IMG/VR virus record: IMGVR_UViG_3300029319_000024
Coordinates: 1-64,000 of that record
Length of the DNA stretch: 64,000 nt
Reading direction: 5' to 3' (one strand)
Source: an uncultured virus (IMG/VR IMGVR_UViG_3300029319_000024)
Taxonomy: Duplodnaviria > Heunggongvirae > Uroviricota > Caudoviricetes
The stretch's first letter is position 1, and every line of letters begins with the position of its first letter. Positions 19,069 through 28,875 of the stretch are shown here, piece by piece. The notes under the pieces were generated by a model. The model was not told the origin of the DNA, did not search any database, and saw only the letters and a program-made list of their open reading frames with translations. The position numbers and the translations under genes are program-made.

Positions 19069-19563
19069 TTATTTGTCCCAGTCAAAATCATCATCATTAG
19101 AATCAGATTCTGTACTAGAACTTTGCGAAGGAGCTGACACGCCATTGGTCTCGCTTGGAATGAATTTTGCAATTCGATTCTTGTCATCCCACTTCGTTCC
19201 GTCCCCTTTATCTTTACCAACTTCAACATTGACCTTGGCAGTCAAGGGAACATTCAACATGCCTTCAAGCTGTTCTATGCCAAAGGCTTCGACATCAGGA
19301 TCCATCCCCATAGATCTTCTCCAGTCTCTTAACCTGGCAACAGACACATTCAACCCTGCTCCTTCAAGCATAAAAGTTTCCCATATCTTACGACCAGCAT
19401 GTGTAGGCCCAGTAACATCAAAGGTAACAGATAAATACTTATCGCCTTTACCACTGGTTTTATTTTCCCAGCCTGATGCTACAAACTCATAGTCACCGAC
19501 TGGTAACAGATCAAACGATCCACTTTCCTCAACTTCCGTCAAGTTAATTTCAAAATCAGACAT
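19069..19563 (-). CDS. DUF669-like ssDNA-binding protein
   Basis: LLPVGDY...GRKIWE, acidic C-terminal tail DDDFDWDK; follows a Sak4-like gene. Confidence 0.75.
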   Translation of the reverse strand: MSDFEINLTEVEESGSFDLLPVGDYEFVASGWENKTSGKGDKYLSVTFDVTGPTHAGRKIWETFMLEGAGLNVSVARLRDWRRSMGMDPDVEAFGIEQLEGMLNVPLTAKVNVEVGKDKGDGTKWDDKNRIAKFIPSETNGVSAPSQSSSTESDSNDDDFDWDK

Positions 19564-20326
19564 TTTTTTCTCCTTCTTTTTTAGATTTTAAAGATTGTTT
19601 AAATGCAGTCATGAAAGCTGTCCAATCAAGATCCAAAGGTGCTACCCCCAAATCAACACGACTCTTAGCATCAAATGCTGCGGTATATTTATGAAACAAC
19701 TTACGCTTGCCATAAGACACTGCCCGAGTTGTTTCCTTGAAACCCTGTCCACTTGTACGAGTTGATACCTCGTAGTTTGCAAACAAGTTAAAGTCCACCC
19801 ATTCACGGATCATCGCTGACACTTTTTTATGTGTGGACATCTCCCAACGATCATAGGGCTCTCGCTCTGGATCATTAAAAGTTCTAATGCCTACATGTGA
19901 AAGTAAAATGACGTGCATTTTCTTTTTCTGTAGAGCATCAAACATGCGTAGTAATCTGCCAAACAATTCAGCAGACTCTGTAAAACCTTTACCGTATCCT
20001 AATGATTCAATAGATTTAATTGAGTGATTCATACAAACTTTTTGTTGCACTAACTTCTCAGCCCAATCTGTTGTATCAAAGACTACGGTTTTGTAATCAT
20101 GCTTTTCATCATGCAATGTTCTGATCTGATTAACTATATCATCGTAGCTTTCACATAATGGAAAGGATGATGTGTCTACATAGTTAGTCCCGGCTTCTGT
20201 CTTAATAAAGATAGGCTTGGGTGCTTTACTAGCAAAGGTAGTTTTACCTATGCCGTCAGTTCCTGATACGTTTATCTTGATCGCAGGGATTTGTATTCCT
20301 GTGGTCACTTCATTTAATAGACTCAT
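19556..20326 (-). CDS. Sak4-like AAA ATPase (ssDNA annealing)
   Basis: GTDGIGKTTFA, TVVFDTTDW, GYGKGF, FDAKSR. Confidence 0.85.
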   Translation of the reverse strand: MSLLNEVTTGIQIPAIKINVSGTDGIGKTTFASKAPKPIFIKTEAGTNYVDTSSFPLCESYDDIVNQIRTLHDEKHDYKTVVFDTTDWAEKLVQQKVCMNHSIKSIESLGYGKGFTESAELFGRLLRMFDALQKKKMHVILLSHVGIRTFNDPEREPYDRWEMSTHKKVSAMIREWVDFNLFANYEVSTRTSGQGFKETTRAVSYGKRKLFHKYTAAFDAKSRVDLGVAPLDLDWTAFMTAFKQSLKSKKEGEKNV

Positions 20327-20510
20327 TGTTGTCTACCTCCATATCATTCATAGATATTAAACCTTGAGAAGTCATTTCATCTGCAACTGTTTCTACATCA
20401 TCTATTATGGTTAATATTTTATTAACCCAACTAGGATGTAATCCAGGTGCTACCTCTCTTTTTATAGTATCTTTGATTTGCATTATGACTGCACTGTAAT
20501 GTATGTTCAT
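20310..20510 (-). CDS. Hypothetical protein
   Basis: Coupled ORF within the operon. Confidence 0.5.
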   Translation of the reverse strand: MNIHYSAVIMQIKDTIKREVAPGLHPSWVNKILTIIDDVETVADEMTSQGLISMNDMEVDNNESIK

Positions 20511-20965
20511 TATTGTGTCCCCTTTAATGGATCAACAAAAGACACATAAGGCCTTTCGTTAATCTTAGTTTGTAAACCCTCTTGAAACTTATCAAATACA
20601 TCAGGATAGTTTTGCTCTATCATTTTAGATAGTGCAGAGTCCTCAACATACTTAGTTTTAAAAGGAAATAAGTTTTCAGGTATGTCTTGTTTTACTTGTG
20701 ATAAAAAGTTTTGATCCCATGATCTAGTAACTTTATATTGCACTCGTAAATCTTTAGGTATGATACCATTGAGTTGAACCCGAGTAGATCCACCTGAATT
20801 AGAAAGCCGATTGACTTGTCCATGCACCTCAGGATGTGCAGTAATAGCATAGTCAAGCAGTGAGCTTTGTTCTTTAAGTTCAGCTTGCTTTGCTAGATTC
20901 TTTTTCTTTTCTACCAAAAGTTGTGGCAGAGTAAGTTTTGAATAGTCTTTCATTAGTTGCTCCAT
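20510..20965 (-). CDS. Hypothetical protein, first gene of the leftward replication operon
   Basis: 151 aa ORF next to the divergent control region. Confidence 0.65.
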   Translation of the reverse strand: MEQLMKDYSKLTLPQLLVEKKKNLAKQAELKEQSSLLDYAITAHPEVHGQVNRLSNSGGSTRVQLNGIIPKDLRVQYKVTRSWDQNFLSQVKQDIPENLFPFKTKYVEDSALSKMIEQNYPDVFDKFQEGLQTKINERPYVSFVDPLKGTQ

Positions 20966-21157
20966 TTAATAAATACATTGTTTATATTACTCCTATCAAT
21001 TACATTGTCAATAGTTTTGTAAAAAAAAAACTTTACTTATTGTATATAGTCAATTAATATAATATTTGGTGTGGGTAACCCCCTTTATTAATATATAAAA
21101 ATACTCTACTCCCCCTAGCGTATTTAACAAACCCACACCTTTCTATTTAGGAGAACT
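20966..21157. promoter_or_regulatory. Divergent promoter region
   Basis: AT-rich strand switch; minus-strand TTGACA near 21006-21011, plus-strand TATAAT near 21058. Confidence 0.6.
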
Positions 21158-21355
21158 ATGGAACTTAAAGACTACATAAAAAAACGAGGTGAAGAAAACC
21201 TAGCAAAAGATTTAGGAGTTTCAGTTGATACTGTTAAAGCATGGAGATATGGCAACAGGCAACCCTCAGTTAATCAAGCTAAAAAATTAATCAAGATGAC
21301 AGGCTATGCTTTAGGTTGGGAAAACATTTATGGATCAGTAGACGAATGCCAATAG
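21158..21355 (+). CDS. Cro-like HTH regulator
   Basis: LAKDLGVSVDTVKAWRYGNRQPS. Confidence 0.85.
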   Translation: MELKDYIKKRGEENLAKDLGVSVDTVKAWRYGNRQPSVNQAKKLIKMTGYALGWENIYGSVDECQ

Positions 21356-23352
21356 AAATAAAACCAAATTTTGTCGGTCAAGACATTCAAAATGATGAAC
21401 GCAAAGATATGCTCATCTCATATCATGAAAACTTTTTTCACTTAATACCATGTGGATCTACCACAGACATTATTCCAGAATACTTTAAAAGCAGACATCC
21501 ATTTGAAGATGATATTGTTTTACAAAAGCGTTGGTCAAAAACACCAAGAGTTAAGTGGGCTGACTACACAAAGAAACAACCTACACTTAATGAAGTAAAG
21601 CAATGGTATCTACAATACCCAGAATGTAATTGGGCCGCTATCACAGGCATAACATTTGTGGTGCTTGATGCTGACACACAAGAAGCCTGTGAGTTTTGTG
21701 AGTCAGGAAAAATAACAAGAACAATACTAAAACAAAAAACACCTAGAGGTGGCTATCATTATTTCTATGCAATCAATGATGATCTAAAGATTAGAAACAC
21801 CACAGGTAAACTAGATATAAGAGGAGAGGGTGGTTATGTTATGGTCAGCCCTTCTTTTAATTATAAATTTGAAGTAGTTGATGGAGCTGTATTAGATTCG
21901 CTTGACGATTTGCCAACGCTAACAAGTCAAGACATGAATGTTATCTATGACTATAACAACACAGGTAAGATCAATGTAGATAGCAAGACACCACTAACAA
22001 CAGATGGTGTTCAAACAGGAATGCGTAATGATACTCTCGCCAGGCTAGTAGGCAAATGGATACTAGAGGGTTGGGGTATGCGTGAGGTTGTTATTAAAGC
22101 ACTTGATTGGAATCAAACGAATACTCCACCTATGAGTGTGCAAGAAGTCTTAAACACAACCCAAAGTATATGCACAGGACATCTGAAAAGAAATCCTAAC
22201 GAAGAAAGTGGTATACAAAAATGGAATACAAGCCAATGGCAGATACAACTAACAGATGATTTAAAAGAAATCATGGATCAAGAAGATCCTATTGAACAAG
22301 CAAAGAAAGAAAATGTAGTTGACAGTGATCCACTAGGGCTTAGGCCTTTCAATGATCCTTTTTGGGATGCTATGGATTCAGAGAGGATTGAGCAGTATTG
22401 GGGAGATGCTTTTGTATTTGAACAGTCAAGAGTATTGTTGCTTGGTAAACCAAAGATAGGTAAGTCGCATTGGTTGGGTGCTTTTGCAGCAGCAGCCACG
22501 ACAGGCACAGAGTTTATGGGTAGATCTTTCTCAAGACCACTCAAAGTTATGTGGCTACAAGCAGAGATTATCCATGAGTTCTTAAAGAAAAGAATAGAAA
22601 TGTATTATCAACCCTTTCATCATGATCCAGAACTATACAACATAGGCAAGTCAAACCTTATAGCATCAGGTAGATTAAGAAAGAACTTGATGAGGGACAG
22701 TGACATAGATGCTATCGCAGAGAGTATTGAATATCATAAGCCTGACTTGGTTATGATTGATCCTATTATTAATTTTTTTAGTGGCGAAGAAAACTCTAAC
22801 TCAGAGATACACGAAATGTTATCAAGGGTAGATAAACTCATTGAACTATACAAGGTGGCAGTTATCATTGCACACCACACAGGCAAAGAAAGAGCAGATG
22901 ATTTGTCGTTCATGTCAGCTAGAGGTGGTAGTGCCTTTGCAGGTTGGATGGATTCAGGCATCAAGCTGTCAGGCAAAAAGCCAAACATAACTTTATTCTA
23001 TGAAGCTCGTAATGCAAGAGAGCCTGAGCAACACTTAGCATACTTTGATTTTGAAAGAGGACACTTCAGAGTGGTAGATGCACAAGATAGTCCAGACGAA
23101 GTAGAGATTGCAAGAGTAGTAGCATCAGCTATGAGCAAACAAAAATTCTACTCAAGAAAAGAACTAGAACTATTAGCAAGACAAGCACTCAAAGAAAACG
23201 AACTAGCATCAGGCGAAAGGGCTGCTCGTTATGCAGTCAGCTATGTGCAAAAGTATTTAGGCGAGAGGGTCAAGAGTCACAATGTTCCAGGTAAGAACAC
23301 ATGGTATTACTTAGCAGACAATGAAATGAAGAGGCCGTGGGATGAAGATTGA
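21346..23352 (+). CDS. Bifunctional primase-polymerase with PriCT and AAA helicase domain
   Basis: VVLDAD, TPRGGYHYFY, LDIRGEGGYV, GMRNDTLARLVG, GKPKIGKS, IDP, IIAHHTGK. Confidence 0.9.
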   Translation: MPIEIKPNFVGQDIQNDERKDMLISYHENFFHLIPCGSTTDIIPEYFKSRHPFEDDIVLQKRWSKTPRVKWADYTKKQPTLNEVKQWYLQYPECNWAAITGITFVVLDADTQEACEFCESGKITRTILKQKTPRGGYHYFYAINDDLKIRNTTGKLDIRGEGGYVMVSPSFNYKFEVVDGAVLDSLDDLPTLTSQDMNVIYDYNNTGKINVDSKTPLTTDGVQTGMRNDTLARLVGKWILEGWGMREVVIKALDWNQTNTPPMSVQEVLNTTQSICTGHLKRNPNEESGIQKWNTSQWQIQLTDDLKEIMDQEDPIEQAKKENVVDSDPLGLRPFNDPFWDAMDSERIEQYWGDAFVFEQSRVLLLGKPKIGKSHWLGAFAAAATTGTEFMGRSFSRPLKVMWLQAEIIHEFLKKRIEMYYQPFHHDPELYNIGKSNLIASGRLRKNLMRDSDIDAIAESIEYHKPDLVMIDPIINFFSGEENSNSEIHEMLSRVDKLIELYKVAVIIAHHTGKERADDLSFMSARGGSAFAGWMDSGIKLSGKKPNITLFYEARNAREPEQHLAYFDFERGHFRVVDAQDSPDEVEIARVVASAMSKQKFYSRKELELLARQALKENELASGERAARYAVSYVQKYLGERVKSHNVPGKNTWYYLADNEMKRPWDED

Positions 23353-23554
23353 TAAAGACTCTATGGAAGAAGCAGTCAATGATGTTGGCATTGGATTAGT
23401 ATTATCTTTTCCAATCAGCTATGGTTTGCTTAGGTTGTGTAGCTATCTTGAGGTTAGTCTTGTAGCTACATCTGTAATACAAGTATCAGTGTTTACTTTG
23501 GTAGCAGTTGTAAGAAAGTATATGGTAAGAGTTTATTATAAGGAGAGAGGATGA
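23342..23554 (+). CDS. Small two-TM membrane protein
   Basis: Two hydrophobic helices; coupled to neighbours. Confidence 0.55.
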   Translation: MKIDKDSMEEAVNDVGIGLVLSFPISYGLLRLCSYLEVSLVATSVIQVSVFTLVAVVRKYMVRVYYKERG

Positions 23555-24732
23555 AGATAGACATATACGCAGGAGATTGTCTTGATTCATTAAAACAGCT
23601 AGAGGATCAAAGCATAAATACTTGTATAACAAGTCCGCCATACTTTGCACTAAGAGATTATGGTGTTGAAGGACAGCTTGGTTTAGAAGAAACTCCTAAA
23701 GAATTTGTAGATAACTTGGTTAATGTTTTCAAAGAAGTAAAGCGTGTCCTTCGTGATGATGGCACAGTATGGTTGAACATAGGCGATAGTTACGGAGCTC
23801 AAAACGGCAAAGGGTTTAACACCAACGCAAATGTTGGATCAACAAATAGATCAACAGAGATGCAAAAAAAGTATGGCGACATATCAAGTCATAGCACAAT
23901 AAAAGAAAGAACAGGGTTGCCACCTAAAAGTTTACTCGGTATGCCTTGGCGTGTGGCCTTTGCTATGCAAGACGATGGTTGGATACTAAGACAAGATATT
24001 ATTTGGCAAAAACCAAACCCTATGCCTGAAAGTGTAAAAGATAGATGCACTAAAGCACATGAGTATATATTTTTATTTAGTAAAAGCCCTAAGTATTACT
24101 TTGATAATGAAGCAATTAAAGAAGAATCAGTGACAGTCAACTCCAAAGGAGAAAGAGGTAAGCCTAACAGTGCAAAGAATGTAGGTAAATCTGTTGAAGG
24201 CATAGATGGATTTGATGTAAGGGGTGGCTTTAAAAACATGGGTGCTTATGAAAAAAGAAACAAAAGATCAGTATGGACTGTTAATACTAAACCTTTTAAA
24301 GAGGCACACTTTGCTACCTTTCCCCCAGACTTAATAAAGCCATGCGTATTAGCTGGTTGTCCTGAAAAGATATGTGTTGAGTGTGGCAAACCCTATGAAC
24401 GAGTTATGCAAAAGCCAAAGCAATTAGAGGTAGAGAGAAACAAAAGAAGTGGTTTAGATGATAGAAAGGTTGGTGGAGTATTAGATAAATATAATAGAGA
24501 AAATCCACCAATAGATTTAGGCCCACAAAAAAAATGCGATTGCAAAACTGATGAAACAAAACCTGGCACAGTTTTAGATCCGTTTGCTGGTAGTGGCACA
24601 ACAGCAAAGGTATCCGATTCTCATGAAAGGGATACAGTTCTTTGTGAGCTTAGTGATGATTACATAAAGATAGCAGTTAGGAGATTGACAAATGTGTTTA
24701 CAAATATAAATATAATTAGGGAGAAACAATGA
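23551..24732 (+). CDS. N4-cytosine/N6-adenine DNA methyltransferase (beta class)
   Basis: TSPPY motif IV precedes VLDPFAGSGTT motif I; HFATFP. Confidence 0.93.
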   Translation: MKIDIYAGDCLDSLKQLEDQSINTCITSPPYFALRDYGVEGQLGLEETPKEFVDNLVNVFKEVKRVLRDDGTVWLNIGDSYGAQNGKGFNTNANVGSTNRSTEMQKKYGDISSHSTIKERTGLPPKSLLGMPWRVAFAMQDDGWILRQDIIWQKPNPMPESVKDRCTKAHEYIFLFSKSPKYYFDNEAIKEESVTVNSKGERGKPNSAKNVGKSVEGIDGFDVRGGFKNMGAYEKRNKRSVWTVNTKPFKEAHFATFPPDLIKPCVLAGCPEKICVECGKPYERVMQKPKQLEVERNKRSGLDDRKVGGVLDKYNRENPPIDLGPQKKCDCKTDETKPGTVLDPFAGSGTTAKVSDSHERDTVLCELSDDYIKIAVRRLTNVFTNINIIREKQ

Positions 24733-26222
24733 AAGTATTAAGTTTATTTGATGGTATGAGTTGTGGCCGTATCGCCCTTGATCAGCTTGGCATACCTGTA
24801 GAGAAGTATTACGCAAGTGAGATAGATAAGTATGCTATGCAAGTCAGTGCAGCAAACTATCCAGACATAGAACAAGTGGGCGATATATGTAATTTAGATC
24901 CTAAAGATTATAAAGATGTAGACCTCATGCTTGCAGGCAGTCCATGTCAGGGGTTTAGTTTTGCAGGTAAACAGTTGGCCTTTGACGATCCTAGATCAGC
25001 ATTGTTCTTTGAGTTCATACGCTTACTCAAAGCGATTAAACCAAAGTATTTCTTACTAGAGAATGTCAGAATGAAGAAAGAGTTTTTAGAGATCATAACC
25101 CAACAAGTATCAGATTGTTATGAAGCAGATGATGTTGCACCTGAGTTTAAAGACATACTTGATAATGTCATGATTAATCCTCATTTTATAAATAGCTCTT
25201 TACTATCAGCACAGTCAAGGCAAAGATACTATTGGACTAACATACCCGGAATCAAACAGCCAGAAGATAGAGGTATTGTACTTAGGGATATATTGGAAAC
25301 CGAAACAGATGAACGCCCTGTAAAAGATACTGAAAGAAATCAAAGGCACTACAAAAATGAAGATGAAAAGTCTTTGTGTATGACAGCGACTATGTATAAG
25401 GGTGCAGGCAATAATGGTATGACCTTAGTTCCACAGAAACCTATAAACAAAGAGCAGATGATAGAAACTATGACAACAAAAGAAGGTAAATCATTTTGTT
25501 TAACAGCACAATATGATGCAGCTAGACCTAACAGGAGTAGAGATAGAAAAGAAAAAACTATGATACCTGTTGATGATATGAATAATTTACCTGAAGGAAC
25601 AAGATATGTTTATGATGAGAATGATAAGTCCCATAAAATAGAAACAAAGCCCAAACAAGTAGGCGTTGCAGTAGACATCAACGGACATGACATACTCAAA
25701 CGAGTTTATAGTCCAGATGGTAAGTCGCCTACAGTCAACACTTGTCAAGGTGGTAATCGTGAGCCGAAGGTGGCCGTTCAGTCTTACAGAGAGGTGAGAA
25801 CAGATGAGGCTAAAGCAATGCGTAAGATGGTAAGGCAACAAACAGGTAAAGATCATACACCTTTCAGAGCAAAGAAATTAGAGCCTAGAAAGGATGGCAA
25901 GGTCGGAACAGTCACACCTAGTCTTAATAAAGATCATGAGATAAGTATTAAAAACTTACCTGATAAATCACAAACAATTAAGTCGCAGTATTACAAATCA
26001 TCAAGAGCAAACTTTGAAAGGCAAGGCACATTTCATGCTACAGGAGTGCAACAAGAAGACCTTACCTGGAGAAAGCTCACTCCCCTAGAATGTGAACGCT
26101 TGCAGACAGTCCCAGACAATTACACAGATCATGTGAGCAACACTCAAAGATATAAGATGCTTGGCAACGGCTGGACTGTAGAAGTTATAAAGCATATCTT
26201 TCAAAACATGGAGATAGAATGA
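24729..26222 (+). CDS. C5-cytosine DNA methyltransferase with long variable region
   Basis: LSLFDGMSCG, GSPCQGFS, LENV, QSRQRYYW, RKLTPLECERLQ, RYKMLGNGW. Confidence 0.95.
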   Translation: MKVLSLFDGMSCGRIALDQLGIPVEKYYASEIDKYAMQVSAANYPDIEQVGDICNLDPKDYKDVDLMLAGSPCQGFSFAGKQLAFDDPRSALFFEFIRLLKAIKPKYFLLENVRMKKEFLEIITQQVSDCYEADDVAPEFKDILDNVMINPHFINSSLLSAQSRQRYYWTNIPGIKQPEDRGIVLRDILETETDERPVKDTERNQRHYKNEDEKSLCMTATMYKGAGNNGMTLVPQKPINKEQMIETMTTKEGKSFCLTAQYDAARPNRSRDRKEKTMIPVDDMNNLPEGTRYVYDENDKSHKIETKPKQVGVAVDINGHDILKRVYSPDGKSPTVNTCQGGNREPKVAVQSYREVRTDEAKAMRKMVRQQTGKDHTPFRAKKLEPRKDGKVGTVTPSLNKDHEISIKNLPDKSQTIKSQYYKSSRANFERQGTFHATGVQQEDLTWRKLTPLECERLQTVPDNYTDHVSNTQRYKMLGNGWTVEVIKHIFQNMEIE

Positions 26223-26465
26223 ACATACTACAAATGATCAAAGATTATTTAGAAGAATGCGAAAGCAGAAACGAGCTAGTAGATCCTGAGGCATTACTAG
26301 AACAAATAGAGGCATGGCAAAGTGAAGATGACTGAGTGGCATGGTGGCAAAGGCAGTCGTGATCGCACAAAAGATCGTAATAAATTCAATGAAAGTTTTG
26401 AGAAAATATTTGGTAAAAAAAGACACAAAGGAGAGAAAGTGACAACAACAAAACGCAAGGGTGAT

Positions 26466-26730
26466 TGTGCAAAAATTATACAAAAACGGCTGTGCAATGC
26501 AGAAAAGCCCGATTGCACATGCCCTTCTGTATCACGCATTCTTACAGGGTTTAGGTGGTTGTGCAGTTGTGCAGTTGCACATGCCTGCACATACGCACAG
26601 GCACGCTTGAAACCCCCATTCCTACAGGTATGTGCAGTTGTGCGGTTGTGCATCTCTATAGAGAACTATAGAAAGGTGTGTATTAACATACACCTTTACT
26701 TAGGAGAGATAGGTTTCTCTAAGAGAAATA
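26466..26730. repeat. TGTGCA iteron-like cluster plus palindromes (putative replication origin)
   Basis: About 10 TGTGCR/YGCACA copies in both orientations, then tctctatagaga, aaaggtgt..acaccttt and tttctctaagagaaa. Confidence 0.65.
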
Positions 26731-26746
26731 TAGTGAGAATTTAGAC

Positions 26747-27235
26747 ATGGCAGGAAAGAAAAAAATAACAAAGAAACAGGAGAAATTTATTGATCTCATG
26801 GTGTATCAGGATTACAACCAAACGAAGTGTGCTCATCTTGCAGGCTATGAGAATCCGGGAGTTGCTGCGACTAGGTTATTGAGTGAGCCGGGTTATGAAC
26901 ACGTGCAAGAAAAGATTAGAGATTTGAAAGCTATTCAAAGGAAGAAGAATGAAATTACTTTTGAGGGCATAGCGAATAAGTTAGCAGAGATAAGAGATGT
27001 GTCTTTAGCAGATGGGAGTTATGGGCCTGCGGTCACGGCAGAGATTGCGAGGGCAAAACTTGCAGGCCTTATGGTGGATAGAAAGGAGCTGAAGATACAC
27101 AAGATAGATAACATGAGCAGAGAGCAGTTAGAAAGTAGATTGCAAGAGTTAGTCTTGCAGAATCAGATCATACTTGGCACGGCTGAGGAAGTTAAAGATG
27201 ATAAGACTATTGAGGATCAGTCTGATCCAGAATAG
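26747..27235 (+). CDS. terS: Terminase small subunit
   Basis: ITKKQEKFIDL...NQTKCAHLAGY...ATRLL N-terminal HTH pattern. Confidence 0.75.
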   Translation: MAGKKKITKKQEKFIDLMVYQDYNQTKCAHLAGYENPGVAATRLLSEPGYEHVQEKIRDLKAIQRKKNEITFEGIANKLAEIRDVSLADGSYGPAVTAEIARAKLAGLMVDRKELKIHKIDNMSREQLESRLQELVLQNQIILGTAEEVKDDKTIEDQSDPE

Positions 27236-27395
27236 CCTTAACCTTATCTTCTGCGTCCTTTAACTTGCGTTCACAATATTTTGCGACCTTGATACCTTTC
27301 TCAAAGTTTTCTACTGATTGTTCAAGTGATATGTCGTTGCGTTCTAGTTCTTGCACTAGCTTTTGCAACTCCGATAAACCTTTCTCAAACGACAT
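27207..27395 (-). CDS. xseB: Exodeoxyribonuclease VII small subunit
   Basis: SFEKGLSELQKLVQELERNDISLEQSVENFEKGIKVAKYCERKLKDAEDKV fits the family pattern. Confidence 0.9.
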   Translation of the reverse strand: MSFEKGLSELQKLVQELERNDISLEQSVENFEKGIKVAKYCERKLKDAEDKVKAILDQTDPQ

Positions 27396-28408
27396 TACAT
27401 TTCCTGGAACATGGCATAGACCATGAGTAGCACTATACCTACGACTGCGAATAAACTCATGTCCATTAGTCTTGCTCCTTTTTTTGTTGTGTCAAAGAAT
27501 CTTTAATTACATTCTCTGTAAAATCATCATCTAATATTTGTATTAACAGTTCAAAACCACAAGCCATACCTGTAATATTATTTTGGTTATAAGAATCAAA
27601 TTTTTTACAATCTTCTATAACTTGATCTGACATCATTTCTAAATAGTTAATTAAATATTTATGTAATACCACATAATTAATTTTTATTGTTTCTTGTTCT
27701 TGAGGTATTGCCATTATGCTGTCCTCTGAACTGTGTATTTTTTACTGATAGGATCTCTCCAAAAACAGAACTTGCGTTCTTTGAAGTTCTTGGTATAGAA
27801 ATTCATTCGGTACTTGTAGGCCTCTTTTTTAGTAAGACCTGTTATAGCATCTCCGATCTCCAGGCTATTGAGTGCTTGGGTAAATGCGTTCCTGTATTTT
27901 TTCCTGTCGCTTACGATAGGAACATCTTTAGTTATTTTGTAGTTCATTCTCTCTCCTTATGATAAATATTGTTCTAAAATTTCACGATTGTCTGATCGTT
28001 TTATTAACACTTCAAAGAGTGTATGTAATGGTGTTAATTGATTGCTAAATACATCATCTTTAATGGTATCTAGTAATTCATATATCAATTCCTGATCAGA
28101 CATTTCTTTTGGTAATATTATTTTTGCTATTTCTCTACTCATTCTCTCTCCTTTTTTTATCAAATAGTTTCCTTTGGTATTCGTGTTCATCTAATTCCAT
28201 CATGTCCAATAGTTTTTCTGTCGTGTGTGGACTTGGAATCTTTTGTTCATGGTTGGTGTTAGACCATTGGATTAGTTCGCTGTCATCATTGTATTTGACA
28301 TGAAATTTCCAAGGCCGATCCTCGCTTTTGCGTTCATGCAGTATCATCTTAATATCCTTTCTCCACTTCTCCAAGCGAATAAGTTTGCGTTGGTATTCAA
28401 CTTTATCT

Positions 28409-28753
28409 TTATACTGTGTCATTGTTCAGCTCCTCTTCATATTCTTTGCGTTCTTCTTCTGTTAAATTACTGAGCCATAGTTCATAGTATTCATCACTAT
28501 ACTCATCATAGATAGGCACACCCATTTTGAATTGTATGTGTGCGATCATATCCTCAACATCATTTCGGCCATACCTAGTAAAGCCACACACTTTGTTATT
28601 GACTTCGTAAAAGTGTAGCCAATTTCCATCTTTGTGTATGATCTCTCCCCATTTGTTGCATGAGTGTTCATTCTTCACAAATTCAATATCTGTGCATACC
28701 CTTTTCATCTTTTTATAAGATAAATCTTTTAATGGCTCATAATTTGTTGACAT
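28409..28753 (-). CDS. Hypothetical protein, paralog of 28876-29250
   Basis: Shared MST.Y.P, LHF, RYG.N and EY.DEY motifs. Confidence 0.6.
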   Translation of the reverse strand: MSTNYEPLKDLSYKKMKRVCTDIEFVKNEHSCNKWGEIIHKDGNWLHFYEVNNKVCGFTRYGRNDVEDMIAHIQFKMGVPIYDEYSDEYYELWLSNLTEEERKEYEEELNNDTV

Positions 28754-28875
28754 TTTTTCTCTCCTTTTGTTGATCTTTTTCTGCTTTAAGTAGAAATAGA
28801 TGTTGTTGTATTCGGTTTAAATTTTCTTTTGCGAACTCTAGCTCTTGTTCTGCTAGTTTGATTCGCCACTCCAAG

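Noticed and set aside
26297..26744. Cys-rich ORFs 26297-26653 (-) and the long form of 26322-26744 (+)
   Set aside because: The Cys/Ala content comes from the TGTGCA repeats; only the 5' part of the plus ORF looks like real coding sequence.
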